A stretch of DNA of 64,000 nucleotides from Trichosphaerium sp. ATCC 40318. Taxonomy: Eukaryota > Protista > Tubulinea. This document shows, one piece after another, positions 25,445-38,004 of the stretch. The first letter of the stretch is position 1; the number at the start of each line of letters is the position of its first letter. The stretch spans positions 1 to 64,000 of the forward strand of contig JALMLS010000605.1 of NCBI GenBank assembly GCA_038496445.1, in the 5' to 3' direction. The notes under the pieces are model-generated. The model was not told where the DNA came from and made no database searches. It saw only the letters and a program-made list of their open reading frames with translations. A program made the translations under genes and the position numbers.

Positions 25445-25800
25445 CAACACTATTTTTTTAATAAGAATATCGCCAGCTGTATGCGTGTGTAGTTGCAATC
25501 CTTAATTGAGTTATAAATGACATGTTTTGTGCAACTTTTGTTATGCTGCTCCTCAAGCCTGTAACATAGCTTGCGTAAGTAGTTACATGTGTTTATCTAG
25601 TGAACAAATTATAGTGACCAAAACACATTGTAATGGTTTACATAGTCCACACGGTACATCGCGGAACCATAGCTATACGATCACATAACTAGATAATGTC
25701 GTAACGTTACAAGATTCTATTGAGAGTTGTGAAAAAGAAAGGAGTCGTTCATTGAACTATATTAACTAGCTCTTTTGATAACAAACCAAGAAAAGACATC

Positions 25801-27187
25801 ATGAGCAAGCAACGGAAGACAAAACGAATGCCAGTAGTATTTGACTTAGAAACAGGTGCGATGGAGTGCATACACCAAAAAGGAAGCTCAAGTTGTTATT
25901 AGGCGACCCAGATGACATAATAACTCTCGTTTTGTTGTGTGTACACACGTACGTAAAGCTTGGCTAAAAATACGTTGTTGGCTTACGAATACACAGTAAA
26001 TGTGATATTCTCGCTTGTTCTGTATTTCCTGGTGGAACAGAACAGATTGGCTTTGTAAAGGCGTTGCTGCGGTATCTGGGCGTTAATATTCCTGTTGGAA
26101 GGTATTAGTAGGTGTCTTTTTGTTTTTATCCTCAAATGGTTGAACGCAGGTGTCGTGATTTGGGCTCAACGACAAAGAAGCATCTCAACGAACGCAGCTA
26201 TGCAAGACTGTTCCCAGATATCAAATGGCAAAAAGAAGAGGTGAATGAGGTGTTGTCAGAGCGTAATTGTCGTTAACCTTTCTAAAGGCAGATGGCTTTG
26301 GTCATGATATATTTGCACAAGTCATTAAAAAAGTGCCTAACGTGACTATCATCACAGGAGCTCCTCTTGAAAACGTGGCCAACACCATAAACAAACATCC
26401 TGACATTAAAATTAAAAGTCTATTCAGTCAAGGTGGTTTTGCAGGATCTCGTTGCATACCAGAAGGTCAGCTGTCCTTTTTTTTTTGCGGAACACAATGG
26501 CGACGTGTTGTAACCCTTTATCTTTTAGAACACCGCCTGCCAAAGTTTAAAGACAAGGAGTACATGCATACATGGAATTTTGGAGGCAATTTACAAGCAT
26601 CAAAAGTATGCACAGCGATGACTTGAAGGGCTGTTTTACTAATAACTTTGTCAGGATGTTTTAGCCTCTGATAGAATAGAGATACGCCACTGCGTATCCA
26701 AAGATGTGTGTCATGGTGTACACTTTACTGCCGACCTATTACCACGACTGGAGACCAAACGTAGCACGCACAAAGGCACGCCACTTTAATACACTACAAT
26801 ATACTCTTTCATTAAAAGAAAACCGCACGTGACATGCCATTGTAGGGTGGGACGTGTTTTACAAAGCAATGGAAGCCTACTTGAAAAGAAAACCTGCCGG
26901 TAAACTGATGCATGATCCCCTAGCAGCGACGGCAGCGCTGGTATGTGTTTAATGGTTTGATAAAACCAACAGGCTGAGTGCTTTTTAGGAACCTGCGATA
27001 ATTGAGTTTATGGAAGTTGAAATGACAGCTAAAAAATCAGCGTTTGGAAGTGAACCCAAGGAAGGTACTATTCAACAATTTAAGTTCTGACATTCCACTA
27101 ACTTGTGTAAACATAGGAACTCGAACTTGGATTTCAGTTCGCGCCAATCAAGAGATATTTCACGAGGTTTTATTTGATGAATGCTGA
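25801..27187 (+). CDS. Inosine-uridine-preferring nucleoside hydrolase family protein
   Basis: N-terminal VVFDLETGDPDD; TGAPLEN; QGGFAG; TWNFGGN; VSKDVCHG; GKLMHDPLAA. Confidence 0.8.
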
Positions 27188-27217
27188 ATATTTTTAAAGT
27201 TGTACAAAATACTGGAT

Positions 27218-30200
27218 TTATTCGTCCTCCTCGCTACTGTCAAATATTTGCTTCAAGCAAGGTAACAGTTTTGGTAGTGCTGGAAAATCCTCAAATCCAA
27301 TCGTCATCAAGTCAAAGGCGATGCTTGTAAAGTTTTCATAATCTGCATTAAAAGACGGGATTTTAGGGTATCGCTGAGAAAAGTGGTTCATCATTAAAAA
27401 TTTAGCATTCATCTGTTTAGCAGAAAATATGGCTTCGTATGTTGTTGAGTGTGCCTTCCCTATAGCCTCTTGTTGCAAGTCATCCTGTGTGGTTGAATCC
27501 ATTAGTCACGTGCTCATCACATATATTGACGCTGTCGATGTACCTCAAACGTAGCTTCATGTATAACCAGCGTAGCATCCTTTCCAGCCTCCACTAACCG
27601 CTTACTTGGTCGTGTATCACCCGAGAAACTATGTTTCACACGTCAGATATTGGAATGTTTTTTTCCCCTTACACTATTTTCCAACCCTGCTTGTGTGCAA
27701 CAACCAACGCAAAAGCGTCTGGACAGTGAATAACATCAACTGTGCGCACTGTCGTGAAGCCCATATTTTTCAAGACGTCATTCCTTAGCAATAAAATAAG
27801 CACTGAAACTGCTTAAAGGCAATGGATCTTAAACGTGATGGGTTCTTAGTAACGTACTCTGCTGCTCTACTGCAAGAAGCCTCAGTTGCAAAATTGTTGT
27901 TGTTATCGAACGTGTAGGACAATGATTCGCACTGCACATATTCCTTTAACCAAAATTCAAGTGCAGTTGGGCCCATGATGAAGGTGTGTTCCACAACCTG
28001 TCCTCTTTGCATGAAAATCTAGAGAAGGTGTGATGCAAAAGGCAGAATATGAAAAAAAAAATTTTACAACTTCGCTTACCTCTTCTCGCTTTTTGAGTAT
28101 CCTGAGAGTACCCAAATGGTGATCCGCGTGCATGTGAGAAATGAAGATAAACTTGAGTTTATATAGTATCTGTAAAGCTATAAGCACGAGCGCATACAAT
28201 ACTTCAAAGAGCTCTGACGCACATCATCAATCCCTGAAGGTCCAAATTTTCTGTATAATTGCCCATAAGTACCTTCTCCAGCGTCAAGCAGCATAGACCA
28301 TTCTGGGGTTATAATGAGCGTCGAACTGACTACCACGGGGTCAGCAAGTCAAAATACATGGAGAATTTTACGACCTACCATTTCTATGTTTGGAAGGAAC
28401 GCTAGATCCTGTGCCCAGGAATACCACCTGTACATTTTGTTTAGGTGCGTTGTCATCTAATGAACTTCTGTAATTAGCAACGTCTGGTATTTTATTCATA
28501 TTGGATTGTATCTGACAGTTATTTGTGTTAGCCACACAACCACGAATCAAATGTATTGCAAGTACCGTTTTAAGGTTTGGCGTGATGAGTACTTCCTTGT
28601 TGTTCATGCCTCTTTGCTTTAACGGGCACAATATGTAACGTGCACCAGTATCCGCAATGCTACTATTTGGCGGGCAGCACGCTAGTGTATCTGTGTTAAC
28701 AATCACGATAGTTGCACAGCTGAGTGCCATTGGTACCTGGTGGAGGAGTATTGTTGATATTGCTGTAAGGCAATGGAAATACACGAGGGTGCAAACAATG
28801 GAGCATTGTCTGCTTTTCAGCTGATGAGCAGAACACGTGACTAAAAAAGCAAATCAATAATCAACCCAAATATGTTGTGGTAGTACCGTTTGTTGCACCA
28901 CTGCTTGTTCACGTATATGTGCTAAAATAGGATTTAATGAAGGCTGTCATGACATGGACTGGTTGACTTTGCGCACCTGCGTTCCCTTGGAAAATTTCTG
29001 TGACCATTGTTTGTACGCTGGCATTTCAACAATGTGCGACGGTGTGATGTGCACGATGCAATATACAGAATCATTATTGTTATAATTGTCCACCACTGGA
29101 TGACGCATAAGCAATTTCATATGGCTCTCAGTAGGGCAGTGCACGACGAAGGCTATCTAGATGTCCCATAAGATGACATTGAAAAGCAAAATCCAAAATT
29201 GGTTACCGGTCCAGGCTTGTCTGCTTCTTTAACTTGATCAGGGGTTATCAATACCCCCTTGTCGTTTAGAACACTCTCGCCACGATCTAACCTACCTTAC
29301 CAGCTTGGTTAGCGATGGTAGTATAAACGATAGGGGTGTTGGCGTACCAAAATCTTTGCCTGGTGTTATGCCCAATGCTTTGGCCTTCTTCGCCTGAAAC
29401 GAACCACGTAGCATGGGCGTGTGAATGGCGTAGCAAATTGTTACATTGTGAGGGGTAGTGTCAGGCAAGCGCTTTGCTTTTTTATAAGTTCTTGGTAACT
29501 TTGGTTGACGTTCAGCAAGCTCTAGTTTAAGAAAGTCACTAACTACCCTTTTAAATGCCCTCAAATGTATTTTCGGTACCTTGAACGCCATCAGGATTTG
29601 TGAGATCCTCTGGGTGTAATGTCGAGAACTTTCGCTTTTTACGCGTTTTTGATGCACCCTTTTTCTTTGCCTGTGTTTGCGCATTTTGGGACCTGTGTTG
29701 CACCAAGTCGTTGAATGACTGTTGTGTAGTCTTTGCAGATGTCAGCATCATTGTTGTCGTCTTTTTATCTGCACTGACAGACACATGTGAGCTGCTCCTG
29801 GGTGCTACATAATGATGAACATTAATGTTGTCAGTGTGACATGTAAAGCCTTACCTTGTGTGGTATTAGATGCGGTTGCTGTTGACTCATTTTGTTTGCT
29901 TATATTCTCATTCCTAGATGGGTGGTTAGTGAGCGATAAAAATCTTGTTAGAACAAAATTACGTGAGTTTGTCTAACATGGGAGTTGGTTTTGTAGCTAA
30001 TGACCCACTGGTTTGCATTGCTACGTCAGGATCAGTTGGATCTAGGACGATCGGCACCACGCGTATAGTATCGTCACTGTAGTCAGATTGAGAGTCACAG
30101 AACTCCTTAATTTTTAGTGTGAATTTGTTTCTATTTGACACCCAAAGTCAGCAAAATTTTTCGCAATCTGCACCAACTAACCTGTCAATGAAGTACCGTG

Positions 30201-30545
30201 TCGCCTCAAAGAAGTTTGGCGTATTTTTCGGCCCACAAATGTCAACAGAAGATATACCAGTATCCGACAGAGTAAGCATAGCTCCTACGCCATTATTAGT
30301 AAGAAATACGCGTAGAGGTGGTAAATACCAGGGAGTCCGCCAATTTGCTCCCATTTTAATCGCGTTAGAAAGATCGCGTGTATTTTGGCCAGTTTAACCT
30401 TGTGTTCAATGCAAAATCGCTGTGTGCCTTCTCCGCAATTAAAAAGATAACGCCTGTTATCAAAGAACAACAAAAACGTTGGCGTTGAGTCTCCTGTGCA
30501 AGTCCCTAGAAACTTGATATGACACGCTTTACTCTTATGAGACAT
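27218..30545 (-). CDS. ELAC2: tRNase Z long form (ELAC2/Trz1)
   Basis: YLFNCGEGTQRFC..IFLTR..IGGLPG; flexible arm KAKALGITPG; FLGTGSSVPSKHRN; LLDAGEGTYGQL; ISHMHADHHLG; SGDTRP; HEATF; HST; NHFSQRYPK. Confidence 0.95.
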
Positions 30546-30873
30546 TGGGTCGAAATGAGCAGTCTTGAGTCGTTGATTGGATTAATTTTCTCAGAATCGC
30601 GCTGACAATGCGAGACTTAATCGTAACCGATTCAGGTGCACTTGAAACACCCTAGCAATGTGCTATGTGCTCTTGGGCAATACTAGAGCAAATTTGTCAT
30701 TTGACACACTAAATTACATTTAGTTATCTTACAAATGGCATCATACGTTGTTAGTGCGCGTACTGTTTTAACCGTTAAACGTTTAAAAAGTGAACGTTAG
30801 CAATTTTTTTTGCTGTTCGCTTGACGATGGAAGAATTGCGAAATTGACTCTTACTCTGGCGAACACTGCGCAA

Positions 30874-32150
30874 ATGAGTGCTATCGGCGAAACTATGTAT
30901 TTAAATGGTGAGTTTATTCATAAAAACGACCGTAATAGGCTATCTGTTTTCGATTACGGCTTTAACTTTGGCGCTGGCATATACGACATTGCTTTTGTTT
31001 ATGAGGTGTGTTCTCTCTTCGCTCGAATTACTAACAAGCACCAGAGCAAAGTATTTCAGCTAGACGAACATGTGGCAAGGTTCATGCGCGGTGCAAAGGA
31101 GCTAAAGCTAGTACGCACGACTACTTGAAAATTTTTCTTTTGGCAACCAACTTTTTTGGGAAAGTAACGCGCACACGTATTCAGAAGAAGCCGCAAGGTA
31201 ATCTATTTCATGTAGGACTTTGGCGTGTCACCTGACAAGTTAAAAAGCCTTATAAATGATCTTGCTAAGCGCAATGGCGTTAACACTGGTTTTATTTACT
31301 TCCAAGCGTCGTACGGTGGATATGAAAAGCGATCACATGTGTTTCCTGCCAAAATGGACAAGCCTACTTTACTTCTATTCACGCAGGAGCTTGCCCCTTA
31401 CCAGGACGACTGTTTTTTGAAGGTAACAACGCAACGTAAAACTAAATTGGAATGTGTCACTAACAAAACCACTAGGGCATTGATCTTTGTACTACAGGTC
31501 CGTTCGCTGTAACATTGAGATTGCTTAGAGCAATTATACAATATCCGTGCCTTATTTGACGCATTTGTTAGCGGACAAACGGTGGCACAACTGTCATATC
31601 AAAACTACGATGCTTCTCCCAAATGTTCTTGCAACTAATGAAGCCAAAGCCGATGGCTATTACGTACACTTGCACTAATAGTTCAGTCACTGATTGTTTT
31701 GTTCAAGGACGCCATCTTTGTGCGCGATGGCAACGTTATGGAAGGCACCAGTTACAATCTGTTTATTGTCAAAGATGGTGTTATCATCACTGCACCATGT
31801 GAACGCGGTCTTGTGCTTGTCGGTACGACTATTTCATGTATGCAATACAAGCAATGTAACTAACATTCATTGCGAAAGGCGTGACACGACAAGCTTTACT
31901 CGCAATCTGCAGGAAAAAGGGATTGGCGTATGAAGAGCGCAACTACACCCTCAAGGAATTGTATGATGCAGACGAAGTGTTTGCAACATCGACAACCAAG
32001 GAAGTGATGCCTGTACGATCAGTAGACAAGAGGATGGTAAAATTAAGCCCAGGACCTGTCACCAAGCGCCTCATGCTTGAGTTTATGATACTTGTTGAAC
32101 GACAAACAGGTATAAAACACAAGCGTCGCGTCTTGTTGAGCAAAATGTGA
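30874..32150 (+). CDS. PLP class IV D-amino-acid aminotransferase (Dat-like) with C-terminal PTS1
   Basis: YLNGEF..DYGFNFGAGIYDI; LDEHVARF; RSHVFP (cf. RxH of D-alanine aminotransferase); RWHNCHIKTTMLLPNVLA (catalytic Lys); EGTSYNLF; GVTR; ADEVFATSTTKEVMPV. Ends -SKM. Confidence 0.85.
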
Positions 32151-32224
32151 ATACAAGTGACTATCAGGTAAGTATGTATTTAAATCAGACATGCACAATG
32201 AATAGTTTAAATATCATTACAAAA

Positions 32225-33150
32225 TTAAAGCTCGGAGTTTGCAAGCAATGGATCCAACAACTTGCGCCAGTCACTTAGTGTCCATGTTTCGTTTGCGTCA
32301 ATGTTCACACCGTTCAATTGATATTGAGGAGTGCCATAAATATCCCTTGGTTGACACGTTAGCGTTATGCAATTGCCATTTAAAATAATCCCAAAAATTA
32401 TGGTTGGTTACCTTGCCGCAGCAAATTTCCAAGCCACGCGTGCTGCCTCGTCAATAGCTGGTGTATCAAAATTGGCCGTCAACCAATCTGCTTTGCTCAC
32501 ACCTAAAGTTTTAACCGTGAGGGACCAGACTTCTTCCATGACCTTGTCAGCTGTTAGTCACTACTAACATACAATCACATGCCTGTGTTGCTGTCATATT
32601 ACGAGAAGGTACATTAAAGATGTATGTTTGTTGGTCAAACATATTTTGTACGTAGTCCCTTTTGCGAGTGTGAGAGGCATGAGGTCACGTATTGTGTCGT
32701 ACCAAACGTGTGTTGGTGCCAATTTAGATATAGCGAACAGACCACGTGCTGCAAAAAAAGCATTGTGGTGATAAGGCAATGGAAACGTGTGCGCGATAAA
32801 GTACAACTACAAGAGAATAAGAACCGCCACCCCCTAATTTGTACGCGTACTTTTGATGGACCGTAATACGCTATCGTATCTTTGAGCCCAGGCCATGCTG
32901 TTGCGCAGTCAGGGCAAGTGAGATCAAGATATGCCTAAAATTTGTTAGAAAAGGTAATACAGAAAAGTAGGTTTAACTCTCGTACCTCTAATTGTAATGG
33001 CGCATCTGGATTCCCTTGTTTGTAGCCTTTGGTACGTTAGTACATGATACAACCGACTATTTACCTACCTGGGTACTTGGACGCGATTGGTTGTGCCTCT
33101 AAGGCGACAACACAGATTGCAAACGCTAATACGTACGTTGCGAATGTCAT
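32225..33150 (-). CDS. Secreted DsbA/thioredoxin-fold protein
   Basis: Signal peptide MTFATYVLAFAICVVALEA; YLDLTCPDCA (CxxC); FPLPYHHNAF; IYGTP cis-Pro motif. Confidence 0.8.
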
Positions 33151-33295
33151 TGGTTGTAAAAGTGAATAATTTCAAGGCTGCTCCAAAAATATTACCAAGT
33201 ACGTAAAATATCAGTCAGTAACGGTCAAATTGCTTACACTATTGCACTGCACCAAGCGGCGAAGCATCTACGTAACGAGAAAAGTATAACAAACC

Positions 33296-34191
33296 ATGGA
33301 GGTTTCAGAAGCAACAGAATACGCTATAGGTACCTCCATAGCACTGAAACACCAACGGTTACACCCGTGATAGATTTAAATCCACAGAAATTTCAGAACG
33401 TTAACAGCGTCGGTGATTTTCTATCCTGGCTATCCTCCCTGAAATCCAACCAACAATTGAACGGTAAATTTGAATTGCTGAAGCAAGGGGAGGCTGTTAC
33501 AAGGACAGTACGTTTTCTAGACACGCCATCTGCAAAGTTTGCACAACAGCGTATCGCCTTGAAGCTACGGACATGGTTAAAGGACGGCAAAGATCCACGT
33601 TCCGACCTGACAGTCTACGCAAGCACAGATGGCGACAAGAACGTTGCGACAGGATGGTTAAAAACACTTCTGCCATCGAATTTGAATGATTGGCCGAAAC
33701 AAGACATACGCCAACGTCTCGACAAAATCATCAACGGCAACGGTAGTATGTTCTGGAGATCTAGTCTCACATTTAAAGGTGCCTCAATGAAAGTCTAGGA
33801 TAGTTTGTGGCTAATGTTTTGAGTGCTAGGACCACACTGGAACAAACACTTTTATGAAGACGACTTTAACAAAATGCTCAACACCACTGACAAACTTCGA
33901 AAGATAACTGCGGACACAGTCACCAAAGCACTTGGTGCTAGTAATGAACAACTGGCAGTTAAGAGTGATGAAGTGTATAAATCACAGGAGGATGTTAAGA
34001 TGAAGATTGCTGGACACAAGGTAAAGGCTGATGTCACTTTACGCTACCAGAACAGTCAAGTACCACAAGCTGAGCCCATAGGTGTTAGCCTTCAGTGGCG
34101 CCTCAAGGACGAGCAAGTAGCAGACAAGGCTGTCAACGAAACAAGCGGTATTCTAATGAATCTATTGACAACTTCGGAATGGACTGTATAA
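33296..34191 (+). CDS. Uncharacterised protein, CYTH-like fold candidate
   Basis: Three exons with canonical introns. RTVRFLDTP..RIALKLR..SDLTV resembles the CYTH N-terminal motifs. Confidence 0.55.
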
Positions 34192-34285
34192 AACTAAATT
34201 TAATTACAATTCCTTTATTTGATCATTACCACACTTGTATACTTTTTATAACGTTGTTTTTTTATTAAATTAATTTAGCACGTGA

Positions 34286-36971
34286 TCACTTGCTAGCCTG
34301 TTTTTTAATTTTCCGCGATGGCAGTGTGTTGAGCGATGATGTCTTTATCATTGCATCTCGTCCACTTTTTTTTTTAATAGGTTGATGTACACTCAGTCTT
34401 GGAATATCGAATGATTGAGTCTCTGAAATAGTTGGCATATCTGGGTCCAACCTAGACGTGAAAGACGTCTTCCATTTTTCGTATTCTCTATCAGATGCTT
34501 GTGGCTGCTTGGCCTTTGCGGGTAGCCGCACGTTTAGGGAACGCGAACGCCATCTGCTTTTTTGTTTTGAACCATCTTCTTCTGCTTTCAGAGAGTTCAA
34601 GAACATTGCGCGTCTGTTTGATCTTTTGGGTCGAGGCTCTGACCTTCTCAATCGTTCTTTACGAAGTACAGGCCTACTTGAATCTGTTTTCAGCCTATTG
34701 TGTGGTGGACGTTCCAACAAGACAGCCTTTGTATGCCTCCGCCCTTTTGTAGTCAAATTTGGAGAGTTGTCTGGTGTTGGGCACTCTGGAAAGAACTTTG
34801 GCGTGGGAGGTGTATAGTTTGGTGGAGGTGTTGATTTATATTGTGTTGTCGCTACTGGTAATATTATAGGTGCGCCATTAGTGTTGGTGATGGGTATCCC
34901 AGACCCAAAGCTCTTAGAAGTAGGGATAGGAGGGACTAGATATGTTTGTCAAATACAACACGTGGTTAACTTATTTCAAAAAGAGAAATGCAAAAACTAG
35001 CTTGAGGTGGACGTACGACGCTTTGGTGCAGGTGGAGGTACACTAGAACTTTTTTCGACAGACTAATAATGCATAAGATAAAAAATGGATAGGGAGTGAC
35101 ATGCTTTGGGTGGTACAGGAGGAGGGCTCCTGGCTGGTCTCGGTTTAGGCTGTGCTTTTGCAAGGTCACCAACAGACGGTTTACTAGGCCTGCGCGCAGG
35201 CCGTTGCACATTTCTTGTATTGCCTGCAGATCTAGATCGCGATCGTTTCTTAGGAACAGGTGGTGGTAAATAGCTTGGTGGAGCTATAGGAGGTTCTTCT
35301 GTATTATCAGTAAGCCAAACAAAGAAACTGAACAATGATTGGTTTACCTGGTTTATTTGCGTTGAGCTTTGATGCATCCTCCTACCGTGAAATGTAAATA
35401 CAGTGGTTGTGATGGAACGATATATGTTTGATAGGAGTACATACCTCGTCACTAGATGACGCTGATGGTATAATTTCTATAACGGGTTCTTCGGCTTGTG
35501 CAGCAAGTGCTTGTTTGTGCTTCTTTATATGAGAAGGTTTGTGCTTACCCCACCTCCTTACATCTGTCAAGACAAGTTTAAACATAGGTTTTGGCTTCCT
35601 TCTCTTTTCTGTATTTTCTTCAACCTTATCAACGCGACGCATTGCTGTTATCACATTGATAAGAACTTTAAAATAACAGTATTGCATTGTGACGCACGTG
35701 TAACAGATATCTTTGAAATAAAATTCCCAGCAAGTAACAATGCTTTGCTTAAGACCACGTGCTACTTTTTGTTAGTACTAACAACAGTTGGATTGAATAA
35801 ATACATACTTCGAATATAGCTGTAGAATTCTCTATCATGAACCTGTATACTTCTGTTGTAAACTTGACTTCGCGTACCTATCAATATAGACCCAATTAAT
35901 AAGTTTTCTTTTCTAGAATAAACGTTCATTCGTACCGCCAATAATGGATGCAGTTCTTGACCACGCAATAAGGTGGGCGCCAATACAATCGCAATGTTGT
36001 TGCTTGACATTTTATTTACAGATTCATTGGCTAGTATTTGGCTGCACATCCACGTTATCTTTTTGAGCAACATTTGATTTGGTAACGGTATCGAGCTTAC
36101 TGTTTCTTTCAAATGTCGTATCTTCTCGGTGTCCGTATTGAGAGCTACATAATAAGGGAGGTCACAAAAAATGAATTACAAGTTTTAATTGTTGCGCTAA
36201 TGAAAATCAAAATCAAACTCGTACAAACAGTGCTTTTGAATGCTCTGTGCGCGTCAAACGTGCAAAGAGGTTCGGGTAAGAGCCTCAGAAATTGTTTAAC
36301 TAATCCGGCCACAACGTGTATGTCCAATACAGTAGAAAAATCGATTTTATCACCTTTGTTAATGTGAACCACTGATTACCTTTATCAAGGGTCGTCATCT
36401 TGCGGTAACGTACCTTTATCAACTTGTTGTCTCAATATGTCTATCTGAGGTGCAGAACCTGATACACGAAGAATACCTAAAGCATCGAGTCCTGTGTGCG
36501 CAGTTAGACGCAAAATCACGAGGTACACCAGAATTTACCTCTTGATATTATTTCGCAAAATGCGTCACCAACAAAGTTTGGAATACCTTCATCGTCTATG
36601 TCACGTGGTTACCAAACGGTTCTACAAATTAAAAAAAAATCCCAACAAAATAAAAAAAAAAACCAAAGGTTGTTGGGTGTAATTGAAGAACGAAAACGCA
36701 CTTAAGATTCCATCTATTGCTATCACTTGCTCGTATGGTTGCTCAAATACAACTGTCTATTGCAAGAAGCGAGTCAAGAAATTGTTCGATACGGCTCACG
36801 TGGAAACGTGGGTTGTTAATTAAAAAAAAACATTATTGATACCTTTGTCGCCGTAAACATGCCGTACAGCTTTTGAAATAAGTTGCCATTACTATTAACC
36901 GCGACGTGCTGATTTTGCTTTGTACGATAACTAGGACCCATTGAACGCGATTCATCAATCGCGTTGGCCAT
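34286..36971 (-). CDS. RhoGAP with proline-rich and basic C-terminal region
   Basis: GILRVSGS..LRQQVDKG..DIHVVAGLVKQFLRLLPEPL; VNKMSSNNIAIVLAPTLL; multiple PPVPxK SH3-ligand motifs. Confidence 0.9.
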
Positions 36972-37303
36972 AGTATCACAAAGAACTCGTTTGGTTTGGA
37001 GGAAATTGTTTGACAAGCACACAAATAAGTGTTTGTACAAACATACAATTTTCCACGTGATTAAAGCAACGGCGCATGTACTATAACTTTTTTACCATTT
37101 TATTTTTATGGAGTACGCTTTACACTTTGCTAATCGCTCACTTCTGCGCAATGCTAGCGCTTTTAGCTTCATCTTGTGGTGGGTAAATCGAATAGACGGT
37201 TTTTTTTTTCTTCATTTTTCGCAACCTTTATCGCTTCTAAAATTCTGCCACCGTTACCAAAACAGCTTCAACAATGTTTCTTGACTTCTAATGCCTCAGA
37301 CGA

Positions 37304-37927
37304 TTAGTGTTGAACATTGTCTTGTAGAAATATGGAGGCGATGTTTCGCAATCGCGTATTTTTGGCACGTGCGTAACGTCTCATTGCGTCAATAAGCTCC
37401 TCAGTTAGAATAGCTTACCTCAGTTAGTGGCACAGAGCTTAATATTAAAACAATAGGGGTACCTTGTTGATTATCCGCGTTTACCATGTAATACAGAACA
37501 GTCATCGTGTTAAGTACTACCTCTATGTTTGTAGATGACAATCCTTGTATTATCAAGTCAATAGAGCCTTCTTCATCACAAATTTGTTTGTTCACGCGTG
37601 GATCTTAATCAAGCGTTATACTGAGGTTACCTGGCGCGTGAACGTACCCAAAATGATGTTACTGAGGCCAGCAGTTCCAAACTCAACGAATTTTCCATCT
37701 TCCTCCTCCAACGCGTCTAAGAACAATAGGTGTACGTTGAGGTCAAGCAGAAAGCCGTAGTTCATTGGATCATACGAGAAATTCGCTAAATTGGCCAATA
37801 CTTGCAATTTAAAGTCACTGGCTGTCTCTGAGCTTTGAAATTCCGTTACTAGCCTTGCTAAATAATTTTTGCGTGAACTGCCTTTGGATCCTCTCTTTCG
37901 CTTGACGTGCTCCTTGGTATAATACAT
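37304..37927 (-). CDS. ARMC7: Armadillo repeat-containing protein 7 (minor-spliceosome factor)
   Basis: RKNYLARLVTEFQ..KLQVLANLANFSYDPMNY..LNVHLLFLDAL..VEFGTAGLSN; C-terminal RLRNIASIFLQD. Confidence 0.9.
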
Positions 37928-38004
37928 TTTATTTTTTTTGATTTTTTTTACAAGTTTTTCTGACTGTCAAAGAATTTTTTTGTACAACGGCAAAATTGGT
38001 GTAA

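Noticed and set aside
25801-34191. Bacterial contamination or an operon of bacterial-like enzymes
   Set aside because: All the genes contain host-type spliceosomal introns, alternate in strand, and are interleaved with eukaryotic RNase Z.
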